Assembly: GCA_029838195.1 (NCBI GenBank)
Contig: JALGVJ010000011.1
Location: forward strand, 48,044 to 112,043
Direction: 5' to 3'
Length of the DNA: 64,000 nucleotides
Source: Promethearchaeota archaeon
GTDB lineage: Archaea > Asgardarchaeota > Lokiarchaeia > Sigyniarchaeales > SOKP01
A model generated the notes under the pieces. It searched no databases, was not told where the DNA came from, and saw nothing but the letters and a program-made list of their open reading frames with translations. This document shows positions 61,662 to 64,000 of the stretch, piece by piece. A program made the position numbers and the translations under genes. How positions within the stretch are numbered: position 1 is the first letter of the stretch; every line of letters begins with the position of its first letter.

Positions 61662-62015
61662 TTAGAATTTAATAAATTTAAAGGGATCACATTTTGAATT
61701 TTGAATAATTTGCAATGCGAAGGCCAATTCATCATCCAAAAAATTAATCAAAGCATTAAAATCATTTTCAGAAAAAACAGCCTTGTTTCTCGTTGCTTTA
61801 ATTTTAACCTGATTAATCTGCTGTAAGACATTTTCAGAATATTTGGCCGAATTAGAAAGATGAATCCAAAAATCCTTAATTTCTTTTTGGGATGGGATTT
61901 TTACCATCAAATGATTTAAATGATCTTTATTTGACCATTTTCCCGGAAATAAATTAAAAATTCTCAAATCCCGTGAATACAAAAAAATTAAAGTAAGAGT
62001 ATTCACCTCGTTCAC
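61662..62015 (-). CDS. Hypothetical protein or fragment
   Basis: 117-aa ORF, no recognised motif. Confidence 0.4.
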   Translation of the reverse strand: MNEVNTLTLIFLYSRDLRIFNLFPGKWSNKDHLNHLMVKIPSQKEIKDFWIHLSNSAKYSENVLQQINQVKIKATRNKAVFSENDFNALINFLDDELAFALQIIQNSKCDPFKFIKF

Positions 62016-62130
62016 AAACCTAAATACACTTTATTATTTTTTGAACCTTTTTTAAACTTAATTTTTAACGAGTTTGATGGAATATCAAATAAAAGAAAAG
62101 AAACAAGAAAAAGAAAATACGGATAAAAAC

Positions 62131-62246
62131 ATAACCAAAAAAAAAAAATCGTAATTTGCCATGCCAAACGAACCGCAATCGGTACATTTGGAGGATCCTT
62201 ACTGCCTTATAACGCAAGCCAATTGCTAAGCTTTCTAATTCTAATT
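62131..62246 (+). pseudogene. N-terminal thiolase fragment
   Basis: IVICHAKRTAIGTFGGSL matches the thiolase N-terminus (VIV.A.RT.IG.FGGSL); no ATG; runs into tandem repeats. Confidence 0.8.
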
Positions 62247-62297
62247 CTAATTAAAGATTGCAATCTAATTAGAGATTGCAATCTAATTAAAGATTGC
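62235..62297. repeat. Tandem repeats: ctaatt x2 then 18-bp unit x ~3
   Basis: ctaattaaagattgcaat / ctaattagagattgcaat / ctaattaaagattgc. Confidence 0.95.
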
Positions 62298-62307
62298 GGA
62301 CCAGGCC

Positions 62308-62541
62308 TCACCAAAATCTATCATCTATTATCTTCTGTAATCCATAATCAATGAAAATCAATGGAATGACGTCAATATAATCAGAAATAAGGGATTGAGA
62401 GATTTCCAGGATATTTTTTAATCGTTTAGAAAATGCGACAATTTTTTTACCTTCTCTGGATATTGCTATATTGTTTCCATCAAATAAAACATAAATTTTC
62501 CTTAATTTTAAAGATAAACTTAAGAAATTTTTTAATTCCAT
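62308..62541 (-). pseudogene. 3'-truncated NYN/PIN ribonuclease-like fragment
   Basis: VLFDGNNIA...IFID..L...IDD, then an abrupt stop next to the tandem repeat. Confidence 0.55.
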
Positions 62542-62608
62542 GTATTAATTAAGATTTGTTATTTCTGACCAAATTCACTTCTTGTATCCGTCTTCTAAAA
62601 TCCTTGTC

Positions 62609-63361
62609 TTACCTTACTAAATTAGGATAGGTTTTATTATCATCACGAACACCATATCCAGTAAGGATGATATCATATGTAATCTGATCTCCATAATCGT
62701 ATAAGTAAACAAATTTTTGTTTATATCCCAAATTAAGCTCATTTAAAGGAACATCCGTCAATTTGCCATTTCTTTCCACCATTTGAAAATCTGGAGGGCC
62801 AGCATATTCCATTACGGGATCCCAAATATTCCCATTCAGGAAAAAAGAATATAAATGATCATCAAAAAAATCCTCCCCATCGATAAAGAAATGAATAGCA
62901 TCATGAAAGTCATCTAAAGTGTTGGATTCTAATAATTCAAGTTTAATCCAAGATCTTATATAATAATAGTAATATACCTTAAAGAGATATGTCTTTTCTT
63001 TTTTAACCCGCAAATCTTCCTCAGATATGAAGAGAGGATATATATATTCTTGAGGAACATATGGGGCAATGATTGAACGATAATTAGTGATAGATGCGGA
63101 AGAGGTATGGTGCCGCTCAGCAATTTTCTTTTGAGTGGTATTTTTAAAGAAAATTTCGTTTAAGGTATAATCAATCGTTCCAATTAATGCATTTTTATTC
63201 AGCACTTTAATTTTTAGTTTACCAAGGTTGTCTAAAATATTAGTAAATATGTTCTTACCAATTTTTATTTCCGTTTCTTGATACCAATCTTTTAACTCAG
63301 CATCAAGATCAATTAATTCTTTCAAACGATTTCTCTGTAAATTTATTTCTAAATCTCTCAA
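62609..63361 (-). CDS. pRiA4b ORF-3 family protein with N-terminal HTH
   Basis: TQKKIAE...S..SI HTH; TLDDFHDAI, DDHLYSF, FVYLYDYGD, YP. Confidence 0.85.
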   Translation of the reverse strand: MRDLEINLQRNRLKELIDLDAELKDWYQETEIKIGKNIFTNILDNLGKLKIKVLNKNALIGTIDYTLNEIFFKNTTQKKIAERHHTSSASITNYRSIIAPYVPQEYIYPLFISEEDLRVKKEKTYLFKVYYYYYIRSWIKLELLESNTLDDFHDAIHFFIDGEDFFDDHLYSFFLNGNIWDPVMEYAGPPDFQMVERNGKLTDVPLNELNLGYKQKFVYLYDYGDQITYDIILTGYGVRDDNKTYPNLVR

Positions 63362-64000
63362 TTTCTAATTTTTAATTTCTAATTATTAATATAAATTAGT
63401 TGCCCCATTAATAAAATATTTATATTTTATATTAATGAACTAAAGTTCGATAATTTAATGTATCTTGGAACCTTTATAAATCCTCGTATCTTTCTTTTGG
63501 CATGAGGGAGGTTCGCGTGTAAAAAGCATTATATATCACCCTCCTCTTACACGCTTTTATAAGAAAGGAAGATCCCTTTATTTTAACATGATACTCATGG
63601 AAGAAAAAAGAGGGATTTTGTTAGCTCACGGTCCGAGAAGGCAAAATAAATGAATTACATGGATAATGTTTAAAAAAAAAAACTAAATCTAAAAAGTTAA
63701 CTTAAATTGGAATGCTTGGTTCATTTGAGGCAATCATAATTACCCGTTGATTACGTTTAATTGCTTAATGTAGGATCTCTAGGATTGATATTATTATTAT
63801 TATTATTTTTTCTCAAATAATAATTTCAATTCTTTATATTTATTGAGTATTCTTGTTTCAATTTTATTTTTATTTCTTTTAATTATCTTAAGTTTTGTAT
63901 TTTTTTAATGGTTGTTAGTTAGATCTTTTATTTCCTCCTTTTAATGCTTTTCTATTTCATGAAAAAAAGGGACTCGAACATCAAGCGGATTCGGACATCA

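Noticed and set aside
62235-62297. 18-bp repeats as a CRISPR array
   Set aside because: Units are contiguous with no spacers, and no cas genes are present
62308-62310. TGA as selenocysteine readthrough of the NYN fragment
   Set aside because: Readthrough meets TAA six codons later and no SECIS-like element was recognised
63968-64000. gggactcgaac as the T-arm of a minus-strand tRNA
   Set aside because: No acceptor stem follows and the T-stem does not pair properly; truncated by the window edge

Overview
AT-rich archaeal chromosomal DNA, most consistent with an Asgard archaeon of the Lokiarchaeia type. This assignment is inferred from several Rag/Arf-like and MglA-like small GTPases, roadblock/longin-like domains, a 7TM-longin protein, eL13, TFB paralogs and a nurA-herA-mre11-rad50 operon. 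All family calls come from motif reading, not database searches. Layout: (1) 0.1-9.1 kb holds an MglA-like GTPase, a Zn-ribbon TFB paralog, two stand-alone TFIIB/cyclin-repeat-like paralogs, a divergent FEN1, a RadB-like ATPase and a ~140-nt structured RNA candidate. (2) 9.4-22 kb has a 1214-aa repeat protein, a wHTH/GNAT pair, LOG, ClC, thrC and gene fragments. (3) 22-33.3 kb is a GTPase/roadblock/longin cluster around an apparently inactive NrdD-like protein. (4) 33.5-38.6 kb holds housekeeping and membrane genes. (5) 38.9-45.2 kb is an accessory tract with a HEPN-MNT fusion, MNT relics, CPBP and an AAA+ ATPase. (6) 45.5-53.8 kb is a NERD-helicase plus nurA-herA-mre11-rad50. (7) 54-64 kb has a membrane/Zn/DUF559 nuclease, hicBA between ~120-bp direct repeats, truncated thi4, thiolase and NYN fragments, an HxlR-ABC module and a pRiA4b-ORF3 protein. 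No CRISPR array, rRNA, complete tRNA or transposase/integrase was seen.
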